Shown one piece after another: positions 1 through 8,593 of a stretch of DNA of 64,000 nucleotides. The stretch spans positions 1,216,001-1,280,000 of the forward strand of contig OY843584.1 of the NCBI GenBank assembly GCA_963692915.1. The letters run 5' to 3'. Positions within the stretch are counted from its first letter, which is position 1; every line of letters begins with the position of its first letter. The position numbers were made by a program, and so were the translations under genes. A model generated the notes under the pieces. That model did not search any database. It was not told the origin of the DNA and saw nothing but the letters and a program-made list of their open reading frames with translations. The DNA is from Cenarchaeum sp. GTDB lineage: Archaea; Thermoproteota; Nitrososphaeria; Nitrososphaerales; Nitrosopumilaceae.

Positions 1-714
1 CGCCTCGGCTACCCGCACTCGTGGCGCGCCGAGATAGAGCCGCTCCCGCAGGGCACAACGTCACAGACCAGGGCAATAAGCGAGGACTGGCCCACGGTGA
101 CCGGCATGATCGAGTCACGCAGGTGCTTTGGCGCAGAGATCGAGTTTTGCGACCTTGTCATAAAAAAGGTCGTCACCGGATACGCGGTCCTAGACAGCGC
201 AGATGCTCCAGAGGGCGAGAGGGTCAGCCTGCCAAAGCCCCTGTCCTACACGTTCCCCACAAAGGGCATCAGGTTCTGCGCGCCGCTCCCCAACACGGCC
301 ATGAAGTCAGGTGCCGACTCGGAGGGCATTGTGGCCGGCTCGTACCATGCGGCCGAGCACGTCATCATAGAGGGAAGCCGCATGGTGACGGGCGCCTCGC
401 CGACTGACCTTGGCGGCATGTCGATGGGCTCATCGGGGATGATCTACGTGTATGACGGCGCAGTCGGCGGGAGCGGCGCGAGCAGGGCGCTCTATGATCG
501 CATGGAGCGCGCAGTCGTGCGCGCGCGCGACATTGTCGCCGGATGCCCGTGTGAGACCGTCTCCGGATGCCCGCGCTGCACGCTCTCGTACAGGTGCGGC
601 AACAACAACCAGTGCCTCCACAAGGCCGGCGCGCTAGAGTCACTCGCCAGTATGGCCGATGGCGAGAAGACAAGCGTGTTTAACACCGACGCGTCTAGCC
701 GACCCATAGTCTAG
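1..714 (+). CDS. DEAD/DEAH-box helicase C-terminus with DUF1998 Zn-binding domain (Hrq1/MrfA-like), 5'-partial
   Basis: Frame is open from base 1; YHAAEHVII, IYVYDGAVGGSG and CPCETVSGCPRC...C motifs. Confidence 0.85.
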   Translation, partial: RLGYPHSWRAEIEPLPQGTTSQTRAISEDWPTVTGMIESRRCFGAEIEFCDLVIKKVVTGYAVLDSADAPEGERVSLPKPLSYTFPTKGIRFCAPLPNTAMKSGADSEGIVAGSYHAAEHVIIEGSRMVTGASPTDLGGMSMGSSGMIYVYDGAVGGSGASRALYDRMERAVVRARDIVAGCPCETVSGCPRCTLSYRCGNNNQCLHKAGALESLASMADGEKTSVFNTDASSRPIV

Positions 715-735
715 TGTGTTACGCCCTAGCGTGCC

Positions 736-2982
736 CTAACGAAGCTCGAGTGGTATCTTTGTCACATAGTTATTCCCGTCAACCGGCGAGCGCGTGATGG
801 CCGAGTCAGAGACCGTGTAGAGGCTCTGCCCTATGTAGAGCGACCTCGCAAAGTCAGTCTCCGTGTCATATGTATAGTCGTGGCCGATGGACTGCATGAG
901 GTCAAAGCCTGACTGCCCTATCCCGTACACGAGAAACGTGAACGTGCCGGCCTCGTTCTCTGTCGCCGAGAGTGTCTGCTCTATGGGCAGTCGAAGGTTA
1001 TTTCCGCTTATCACGGGTATCGACATTATGGCATGCTCGCGCGAGACGAGGAGTGCCTTGTGCTCGTGCTCGGCCTGTGACCATGTCTCCCACGATCCCA
1101 GGACGATCGAGTCGGCCAGGCTCGGCTTCCGGATGTCAGATATGTCAAACATTGCTATCTTTAGGCCCTCCTCGCGGCCGATCCCGATCACCGTGGACTC
1201 GTCATAAAAATGCAGATAGTCCGAATAGCCCGGCATCTTTAGCTCTCCGAGTATCTCGGGATCATCACCGGACAGGTCGATGACAAAGAACGGGTCTATC
1301 TGCCTGAACGTCACGAGATACAGCCTGTCGCCGACAAAGCGCGCAGAATAGATGTCCTCGTCAGGCGCAATCCCCGTGAGCGCGCCGGTGGGCTCGAGTG
1401 CCGAGTCGAGGACAAAGACGTTGTTGAACGTGTTGAGGCGCCCGTTGACCGTAGTCGCCACGCGAAGCTCGCCTTTGTGCTCGTCCATCGAGAACTGGTT
1501 GAGCATGTGGCCGGGCACCGTACCTCGCGCGGCGAGGTCAAAGTCCACGCCATCGATGCCGATGCGGTATATCTCGGTGGCCTCACTCGCAAGTCCCAGG
1601 TCCGTGGCGATCTTTGAGAGCTCCTGCGTTGCGGCCACGTCAATGCCCGCGCGTGCCGCCGCGCCGCCCCTGGCGTACGACTCGAGAATGTCGCCGAGGA
1701 GCAAGACGACTGCCTCCTCGTCTCCCTCGGTCACGGCGTCCAGCCTCAATGCCAGATCGTCCCTGTCTGGCTCGTTGAGCAGGTCGATTATCGAGCCGAG
1801 GAGCTGTGAGACGATATAGAACGCGGCCCACTCGTCGGTCCCGTGCGGCGATGCCGTCAGGTAAAGGCTCGTGTGCGACATGAACGTCGTAGACCTGGGA
1901 TCCATGACAAACGCCACCGAGTTTGCCTCGTCTGAGCCGATGTCAAATGCCATGACGGTGACTAGGTGCGGCGGATAGTCAGCAATCCCGTCCTCGTCAG
2001 CCGGCATGTACACGGGCGTCTTTTGGACGGTCCGGCCGTCAAGAAGGAGCGCCGGCACTGCGGGGTCGTCATAGTTGGGCATCTTTGAGGCCACGACGTA
2101 CGCGTGGTCGCCGATCATGCGGCCAGTCTCTAGCCTGCCGGGGATCGTGAACTCGCGCACGGGCTCGGGGGAGCCCCTGTCAGACACGTCGAGGACGAGC
2201 GCGTGGGTCGTATAGTCGTCAATGCCGCCGGCCTGGTTGAACACGGAGAGAAAGTACAGGATGACGAGGCGATCACCGTTCACGAGCATATCGTACTTTT
2301 GGACCAGTGGGGGCAAGTCGAGCTCCACTGTGGTCACGGCCCTGGCGGGGTTTGTCACCTGCGTGTCAACGATGGCTAGCGTGTTGTGCCTTAGCGCATA
2401 GATGTGCCTCCCGTCACTCTTTACAAAGTCCGGCTCGTCCACGCCGACAACCTGGACGTTTGTTGTCGAGTATTGTGGCGCGGAGGGTGAGCTCACCTTG
2501 GAGGATTGAAGGACGCCATCGCTCCAAGAGTCCTCATCAGAGGTATCAGCCATCATTTCAGCGCTATCTAAACCCCTAAACATGAAATCATCATGTATGT
2601 AATAATGTCCAAACCGCGGTTGCTCATAGGTGGACAGAAACTCCACATACTCGTCAAATGAGAGCCTCACCAGGTCAGCACCGTTGTCCGACGTGCCCAC
2701 GGTGCCTGGACGCGAGGTGGCGGCCGGATCGCGTGTGGGCGGCTCCTTTGCGGGCGTGGCGGGATCTGCGGGCGGCGTGGTCGATCCCATAGGATCCGTC
2801 GGCCGAGCAGGCGGCATGGCAGGCTCGCCGGCCGAAGGCGGCTCGACGGGGCGCGGCTGCGGCATCGCCGGTGTTGGCTGTGCGATGCCGGGCGCATCAG
2901 AGGCTGTAAGATAGATCGCCGAGCCGCCGATAATTGCAATTGCCACGAGTGCGGCCGCTAGCGCCGGGGCAGTTGAGGCCAT
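736..2982 (-). CDS. Membrane-anchored/secreted beta-propeller domain protein
   Basis: N-terminal hydrophobic anchor, Pro-rich linker, YSTTNVQVVGVDEPDFVKSDG, LNQFSMDE, RLYLVTFRQIDPFFVIDL, GELKMPGYSDYLH. Confidence 0.85.
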   Translation of the reverse strand: MASTAPALAAALVAIAIIGGSAIYLTASDAPGIAQPTPAMPQPRPVEPPSAGEPAMPPARPTDPMGSTTPPADPATPAKEPPTRDPAATSRPGTVGTSDNGADLVRLSFDEYVEFLSTYEQPRFGHYYIHDDFMFRGLDSAEMMADTSDEDSWSDGVLQSSKVSSPSAPQYSTTNVQVVGVDEPDFVKSDGRHIYALRHNTLAIVDTQVTNPARAVTTVELDLPPLVQKYDMLVNGDRLVILYFLSVFNQAGGIDDYTTHALVLDVSDRGSPEPVREFTIPGRLETGRMIGDHAYVVASKMPNYDDPAVPALLLDGRTVQKTPVYMPADEDGIADYPPHLVTVMAFDIGSDEANSVAFVMDPRSTTFMSHTSLYLTASPHGTDEWAAFYIVSQLLGSIIDLLNEPDRDDLALRLDAVTEGDEEAVVLLLGDILESYARGGAAARAGIDVAATQELSKIATDLGLASEATEIYRIGIDGVDFDLAARGTVPGHMLNQFSMDEHKGELRVATTVNGRLNTFNNVFVLDSALEPTGALTGIAPDEDIYSARFVGDRLYLVTFRQIDPFFVIDLSGDDPEILGELKMPGYSDYLHFYDESTVIGIGREEGLKIAMFDISDIRKPSLADSIVLGSWETWSQAEHEHKALLVSREHAIMSIPVISGNNLRLPIEQTLSATENEAGTFTFLVYGIGQSGFDLMQSIGHDYTYDTETDFARSLYIGQSLYTVSDSAITRSPVDGNNYVTKIPLELR

Positions 2983-3153
2983 GTCACACTAGACTGCCCG
3001 AAACCTAATATACTTTATGTGACATCTGCGGTATGGCCGGTATCCGGCGCACCCTACATATTGAGGCCCGCAGCATGGCGCGCCGGCGGCGTGTCCGGTC
3101 ATCGTAAACCTCCTGCAAGTTGTTTCGTGGCAGGGCCGCTGCCAATGATAATT

Positions 3154-3228
3154 TGGAGGTGAGAGGGGGAGTCGAACCCCCTTGGATGGGCTTTGCAGGC
3201 CCACGCATAACCGCTCTGCCACCTCACC
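3154..3228 (-). tRNA. tRNA-Cys(GCA), intronless, encoded CCA
   Basis: Reverse complement GGTGAGG...TGGGC-CTGCAAA-GCCCA...GGTTCGACTCC...TCTCACCTCCA folds as a cloverleaf. Confidence 0.95.
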
Positions 3229-3262
3229 GGAGACCGGCGGTCATGTCCGGCAATTAAACGCT

Positions 3263-3478
3263 TTAGGAGGCAGGCCTAACTGAGAGGCGCACGTCCTCGG
3301 CCTTTACCGTTTTGCGCCGCGCGTGGCCGGCGAGCTCGACTGAACGGCGCGCCATGGCCACGGCATACTCTTCGGTCACGCGCCGGAGCTCCTCGGCGGA
3401 CTCGGCGCTCACGCGCTCGGCACCGGCCTTTTTGAGTATGCGGTACATTGGGGAGACCCCAATCTCTCGCGATGCCAT
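3263..3478 (-). CDS. Archaeal histone (HMf-like)
   Basis: RILKKAGAERVS...LAGHARRKTVKAEDVRL histone-fold signature, 71 aa. Confidence 0.93.
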   Translation of the reverse strand: MASREIGVSPMYRILKKAGAERVSAESAEELRRVTEEYAVAMARRSVELAGHARRKTVKAEDVRLSVRPAS

Positions 3479-3573
3479 AATATCATGTGAGCGTGCGGCC
3501 GATAAAAGGCCGCGGATGAAAAAATATGACGGTGTGCACGATTATTGCAGACTATTTAGGGCGGGGGCACGGC

Positions 3574-4365
3574 ATGGCGCGCATGGGCGGCCACGGCGAG
3601 AGCCTCGCGCCGAAGGTGGCCACGGCGGCCATCTATGACACGCATATCCACCTAGCCGATGCCGCATATGGCCCATACGCCCACAGCCTCACAGCAAGCA
3701 TGGATGCGCTCGACATTGCGGCATTCTGCGTCTCGACTACGGCGGCCGACTCGGCACTTAGCGCAGAGCTGGCAGCGCGCAGTAGGCGCATCGTCGCCTT
3801 TGCAGGGATACACCCGGACGGAGCCGACGGGGACATCGAGCCTGTCGCCGGCCTCGTCGAGTCTGGCCGTGTCAAAGGCATTGGCGAGATCGGCCTCGAT
3901 CCGACGGTGACTGACGAGCGCGGGTACAGGCGGCAGCGCGAGGTCTTCGCCTCCATGCTCTCGCTCGCCGAGGCCAACGGGCTGCCGGCCTCAATACACT
4001 CGCGCCGCTCAGTCGATGACGTTCTTGACACGCTCTCGTCATACAGCGTACGCGCCGCGCTCCACTGGTTTGACGGCAACAGGCGGCAGCTCGCGCGCGC
4101 CATGGACATGGGCGTCTATGTCTCCTATGGGCCTGTCTGCGTCTATGCGGCCGACAAGCGATCGCTCATTGCGCGCACAAGACCCGAGATGCTTCTCGCC
4201 GAGACTGACGGGCCGGTTCGCTTTTCGAGGTGCTTTGCGGGGAGGGCCGCACAGCCGTGTCACATCCCAAGTGTCGTTCTCTGCATGGCCCGATCACGCC
4301 GAACGAGCTATGGCGAGATGCGCCGCACGCTCGCGGCCAACTCGCGGCGCTACCTCGGAATATAG
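3574..4365 (+). CDS. tatD: TatD family hydrolase/DNase (start uncertain)
   Basis: DTHIHL, GIHP, IGEIGLD, SIHSR, LHWF, LAETDGP. Confidence 0.9.
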   Translation: MARMGGHGESLAPKVATAAIYDTHIHLADAAYGPYAHSLTASMDALDIAAFCVSTTAADSALSAELAARSRRIVAFAGIHPDGADGDIEPVAGLVESGRVKGIGEIGLDPTVTDERGYRRQREVFASMLSLAEANGLPASIHSRRSVDDVLDTLSSYSVRAALHWFDGNRRQLARAMDMGVYVSYGPVCVYAADKRSLIARTRPEMLLAETDGPVRFSRCFAGRAAQPCHIPSVVLCMARSRRTSYGEMRRTLAANSRRYLGI

Positions 4366-4397
4366 GTATAAAACACCCCGTGCTGCAGTGCGCATTC

Positions 4398-4823
4398 GTG
4401 AACCGGATAAAGCGATACACCGAGCAGGTCTTCGCCGAGCACAAGGCCGAGTTTGGCCTCGACTTTGCCGAGAACCGCAAGGCCCTAAAGGCCATAGCGA
4501 TAGTCAGGTCAAAGGAGCTACAGAACGAGATAGCCGGATACATCACAAGAACGCTAAAGCGCGAAAAGCACGAGATAGAGGAGCGCCGGAGGCGTGCTGC
4601 AGCAGACGCAGCCCAAGAACAGGCCGCCGCAGAGGCCGAGTCAAAGCCCGAGGAGCCCGAGGCGGCAGTCGAGTCAGCAGACGGCAAGGCATTCACCGAC
4701 GGTGCCGCAACAGTAAAGCAGTTAGACGGCGAGGTCGCCGGGACAGCCATGCCAGACGAGGCCGACGCGGAGGCCGCAGAGGCTTCCGCCGTGCTCGGGG
4801 CTGCCGACGCCGAGTCACGCTAG
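4398..4823 (+). CDS. rps17e: 30S ribosomal protein S17e with acidic C-terminal tail
   Basis: GTG at 4398; RIKR...FGLDFAENRKAL...VRSKELQNEIAGYIT. Confidence 0.85.
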   Translation: MNRIKRYTEQVFAEHKAEFGLDFAENRKALKAIAIVRSKELQNEIAGYITRTLKREKHEIEERRRRAAADAAQEQAAAEAESKPEEPEAAVESADGKAFTDGAATVKQLDGEVAGTAMPDEADAEAAEASAVLGAADAESR

Positions 4824-4837
4824 GACGCAGGTTTGCG

Positions 4838-5590
4838 TTGATAGCGATCGAGCTCCTAGGCGGTGCGCGCAAGTCATTTCCAGACGGTCCACCGCAGATT
4901 AGCGGCGATGCGAACAGCCTAGATGAAGCGCTAAGGCGCATCTGCGCCGCGGTTCCAAAAGGTGCGCCGCCACTTGACCTAAAGAATTCCCTTGTCGCGC
5001 TCAACGGGGTCGACTCGTCAGCCCTGCCCGAGGCGAGCGTGCATGACGGGGACACTATAACGATAATACCTGTCGTTCACGGCGGACAGGAAACGCGTGC
5101 GACATCCGAGGTTCTCGTCGCAAGCCTAGGCCGCGGTGTGGTGGCCGACAGTGCGCTCGTCGACTCGCTGCGCGCCGAGTTTCCTCGCATCGCCATACAG
5201 ATCCTCCGGCGCAAGTTCGTCCTTGGTCCATCGCACGCCAGGCGCATAGCCGGTGTCTCGGTTGCGGCCGCACGCAAGGATGCGCTCCTAGCCAAGAGGC
5301 TAGAGACGGATATTCTCATGAGGTTTGCCAACACGCACCAGATATCACAGGCGATCAGCCGCGTTGGTGCCCGGCGAGGCGAGGGCGCGATCCTCGTCGC
5401 AGTCGGCTCGCGCTTTCAGCTCGGCAGGCTAGAGTCGCGCGCCAAACCGCTCCTGAAGAACTCTGCCGGATACGGCTCCGAGCCAGCCCTCCGACGCGAG
5501 CTTGGCATAACGGCCACGCATATCCGCGCAGTCGACTCGCGCCATGCCCTTGAGGACATACTAGTCGAGCGCGCCGCCGTCCTCCTCTGA
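4838..5590 (+). CDS. MoaD/ThiS/SAMP ubiquitin-like domain fused to KEOPS subunit Cgi121
   Basis: TTG at 4838; LVALNG...DGDTITIIPVVHGG followed in frame by LAKRLETDILMRFANTHQISQAISRVG...LEDILVERAAVL. Confidence 0.8.
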   Translation: MIAIELLGGARKSFPDGPPQISGDANSLDEALRRICAAVPKGAPPLDLKNSLVALNGVDSSALPEASVHDGDTITIIPVVHGGQETRATSEVLVASLGRGVVADSALVDSLRAEFPRIAIQILRRKFVLGPSHARRIAGVSVAAARKDALLAKRLETDILMRFANTHQISQAISRVGARRGEGAILVAVGSRFQLGRLESRAKPLLKNSAGYGSEPALRRELGITATHIRAVDSRHALEDILVERAAVLL

Positions 5591-6103
5591 GGCGGCCATC
5601 TTTTCATGCTGCACGCGAAGCACGCCGTCTGGCCTGATGACTGAGACGCCGGCGTTTGGCCCGAGGATCTCGACGAGGACGACCCAGTCAGGGCGGTCCA
5701 AGCACACTCGACGCTCGACTGCGTCGGCGACTGCGGTGATTATGGCGTCTCGCGACTCGCCCGAGTTGCGCTTTTCGAGCGTGATCCGGTATGTCTGCGA
5801 CTCGGGTATGCGCGAGGCGAGTCGACCGGCGGCCTCGGCGATGTCCTCGGCTCGCGCGCTAGTCGTGGCCTGAACCGGCATGACACGCATGACGTACCTG
5901 AATTCCCAAGGCTCCTCGGCGAGGCGCGCGCGCAGCGCCCCAATTGCCGCATCAGGGCCTAGCGATGTCTGCGCCGTCAGGATGCCGCGCATGTCAGTCG
6001 GCGAGGCCGACGCTCCACTGTCACCGCACGCGCCAAGGAGCGTGACGAGCTCGGCGCATGCGTCACGCTCAAAGTGCCTCGCGCATGTCGCTATTAGGTC
6101 CAA
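5561..6103 (-). CDS. Stand-alone THUMP domain protein
   Basis: RYVMRVMPV, TYRITLEKR, VCLDRPDWVVLVEILG. Confidence 0.85.
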   Translation of the reverse strand: MDLIATCARHFERDACAELVTLLGACGDSGASASPTDMRGILTAQTSLGPDAAIGALRARLAEEPWEFRYVMRVMPVQATTSARAEDIAEAAGRLASRIPESQTYRITLEKRNSGESRDAIITAVADAVERRVCLDRPDWVVLVEILGPNAGVSVIRPDGVLRVQHEKMAASEEDGGALD

Positions 6104-6720
6104 TACGCCTCCAGCTCGACAGTGCGCACGACGCCCTCTCTCAGAACCGTCGGGCGTCGCGCGCCGTCCAGGCGTATGACCGTAGAGGGGACCGGTCCAT
6201 CACCCACGACGCCGCCGTCAACGAGAACGTCAACTCCGTCAGTGCCCACAGAGTCCGGACTGGTCGCCGGGGTGTGACCCGCGACGTTTGCGCTAGTGCC
6301 GACTAGCGGGCCGCACGCCTCAAGTAGCGCGAGTGCGCAACGCGAGGATGGCACACGCACGGCGACTGTGCCGTCGCGCAGTCCCATTGTGTCGCGCAGG
6401 CTCGAGTTGGTCAGCGGCAGAACCATCGTGAGTGCGCCAGGCCAAAATGCGTCAGCAAGCCGACGCGCCAGCGCGTCTGGTGACGCAATCTCCCACGCCG
6501 ACGCGGCTGAGGCGCACAGGATCGGCATTGGTTTTGAGGGATCACGCGACTTTGCGGCGTACACGGCAGCTACTGCTGCAGCGTTGTGTGGGTCGCATCC
6601 GATTCCGTACACCGTGTCAGTCGGAAACGCCACGGTTCGCCCGTCACGCACGGCACGCGTGGCGGTATCGATTCCCCCTGCATCGCAGTTCACGCGCATC
6701 ATCGTGTCGGCGGGGCGCAC
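6094..6720 (-). CDS. sua5: Threonylcarbamoyl-AMP synthase, Sua5/YrdC/TsaC family (no C-terminal SUA5 domain)
   Basis: AFPTDTVYGIG, KSRDPSKP, FWPGALT, VAVRVP, GTSANVAG, PSTVI, LREG. Confidence 0.93.
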   Translation of the reverse strand: MRPADTMMRVNCDAGGIDTATRAVRDGRTVAFPTDTVYGIGCDPHNAAAVAAVYAAKSRDPSKPMPILCASAASAWEIASPDALARRLADAFWPGALTMVLPLTNSSLRDTMGLRDGTVAVRVPSSRCALALLEACGPLVGTSANVAGHTPATSPDSVGTDGVDVLVDGGVVGDGPVPSTVIRLDGARRPTVLREGVVRTVELEAYWT

Positions 6721-6803
6721 TATGGGGCAATAATAGGCATGTGCGAAGAGCCTGCAGATCCACGTGTATGCGAGGCCATTCCCTGCCCCATCTAGAGCGT
6801 CGC

Positions 6804-7091
6804 CTAGAGGCTCAGTCCAAAGCCCTCGGCGAACTCGCTGAACGTCCTGTACGCGACGAGGAACTCGCGTCCAGAGTCGCTGATCTTGTACCTGTACGCG
6901 CCAGTCGGCGAGCCGCGCTCGAGGAGGCCATGCGAGACGAGGAGCGAGAGTATGCCTGTGAGGCGCGCGTGGGGGACATTGGCGTGGCGCGAGAGGCGCG
7001 TGACGGCCATGCCATGTGCGTCAATGACGTCATCCCTGGCCACTGTCAGAATGTCATTGACGATTCGGAGTTGTGTCCTGTGCTCACCCAT
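6804..7091 (-). CDS. Winged-HTH transcription regulator (HTH_45-like)
   Basis: HRTQLRIVNDIL...LSRHANVPHARL...YKISDSGREFL; paralog of 61706-61984. Confidence 0.8.
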   Translation of the reverse strand: MGEHRTQLRIVNDILTVARDDVIDAHGMAVTRLSRHANVPHARLTGILSLLVSHGLLERGSPTGAYRYKISDSGREFLVAYRTFSEFAEGFGLSL

Positions 7092-7172
7092 GCCCTAGCG
7101 ACAGCGTCTTCGTATTGGGTAATATCATACGTCATATGCCATCCATTGAACCAACAGCACAAAAGTTATTGA

Positions 7173-7826
7173 CTAGATGCCTTGTGGGTCGTCCTGCCGC
7201 CGCGCGCGCATGCGCGCAAGCGGGATCTTGGATATGGGCACAAAGAGCGACAAGAGGCCGGCGATCTTTATGATGACTGAGGCGCCATAGAGTATTGAGG
7301 TCGGAAAGACAAGCGAGTACCATCCCAGAAACTCGCCGAGTGCGAGGAGCGCAAACCCGCATGCGACAAATATGGCGCCCCTGTTGCGCCGTTCCATATA
7401 GGTTAGCATCGTCTCGATCGCACCATAGACGAGGAGCACAAACGAGACGGACTTGAATATATGCTCGAGGTTGACATATGAGAGAAAGAGCGGGGGAAAG
7501 ATTACTATGGACCGCAGTGCTCTGTCACGCGGAAGAAACGACCGTATTCCATGCGAAAACGCGATAAAAAAGTATCCGGTCATCTGCATGCCGTTGCCGA
7601 GTGTCTGTGCCCACTTTGCTCCAGGCTCGCCCGGCGCGACGCCCATTGCTGCAGTGCCTGACCACACGACAAAAAACCCCGCACCTATCGCAAGGAACGC
7701 AATTGTCATGCGGAACATCGCAGGGCTTCCCGTGCCTCTGTACGCCATGTACGACATTGCGCCCACTGACATACCGACGACAAATCCCACGAGGTTTAAC
7801 GCGCTGTCTAGGAGTGCATCCAACAT
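7173..7826 (-). CDS. Multi-pass membrane hypothetical protein
   Basis: About 7 hydrophobic segments; TATA-like sequence near 7848-7855. Confidence 0.7.
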   Translation of the reverse strand: MLDALLDSALNLVGFVVGMSVGAMSYMAYRGTGSPAMFRMTIAFLAIGAGFFVVWSGTAAMGVAPGEPGAKWAQTLGNGMQMTGYFFIAFSHGIRSFLPRDRALRSIVIFPPLFLSYVNLEHIFKSVSFVLLVYGAIETMLTYMERRNRGAIFVACGFALLALGEFLGWYSLVFPTSILYGASVIIKIAGLLSLFVPISKIPLARMRARRQDDPQGI

Positions 7827-7886
7827 GCGCGGTGCGTGCGCATGCCATATTTAACAAGAGCGGGCAATCGCGGCGCGTGGGGGCCA

Positions 7887-8096
7887 CTAGTCCCAGTCAT
7901 CATCGGTTCCGGCGCGGCGCGCATCAAGGTTGCCAGCATAGTCGGCAAGAATGTCCGAATATGCCGGATTTGCGTGAGCCACCTCGCGGACATAGTCACC
8001 ATAGGGCATATCAAGGCCGCACGACGCGCATGACACGCGCGCGTATCCGGCGCTAAGCTCGGCGCTTGCCTTGCACTTGTGGCACCTGATCTTCAT
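7887..8096 (-). CDS. Small Zn-ribbon protein
   Basis: CHKC...CASCG; similar to 15172-15345. Confidence 0.7.
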   Translation of the reverse strand: MKIRCHKCKASAELSAGYARVSCASCGLDMPYGDYVREVAHANPAYSDILADYAGNLDARRAGTDDDWD

Positions 8097-8320
8097 GCGC
8101 GCGCAGCGCGGTCCGTCTCCTATTATACGTGTGCAGTGCCGTCGACCATTGGAGGGCCGCCCCTAGCGGCGCCCCGTGCCGAACCTGCCGGCAGCACGTA
8201 GTGCAGCCAAAACCCGCCGAGCCACCATGTCCACGAGACTGCCAAAGGTGGCTCATGGTGGCCATTTCCACGCCTGTGCCAATGGACAGGTTTAAACGAT
8301 GGGGCACTTGTGAGCCTGCC

Positions 8321-8575
8321 ATGGGCAAGGTAGTCAGAATCGGCGGACGCGGCACCTCACGAAGGGTTGCCGAGAAGAGCCCCGACAACTGGTCCGGTGA
8401 CAGCTTTCGTGACGTGGCGCGCCAGCGCAAAGAGTCTGCAAAGGACGCATATGTCACGGTAGGCCGAGGCACAAAGAAAGTGAAGTTCGGTGACCTAGCC
8501 GAGTCGCGCAGCGTATCTGCAAAAGGACGATACGTAGTCAGCGGCAGAGGCACCGGGCGTCGAAAGGTAAGCTAG
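8321..8575 (+). CDS. Small basic hypothetical protein with repeated GRGT motifs
   Basis: TTTAAA at 8291, 30 nt before ATG; MGKVVRIGGRGT...VGRGTKKV...SGRGTGRRKVS. Confidence 0.6.
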   Translation: MGKVVRIGGRGTSRRVAEKSPDNWSGDSFRDVARQRKESAKDAYVTVGRGTKKVKFGDLAESRSVSAKGRYVVSGRGTGRRKVS

Positions 8576-8593
8576 GCCAATAGGCGCTTTTCA

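Noticed and set aside
4016-4837. N-terminal 274 aa of the 524-aa ORF
   Set aside because: Arg-rich shadow frame overlapping tatD and S17e; the credible protein starts at TTG 4838
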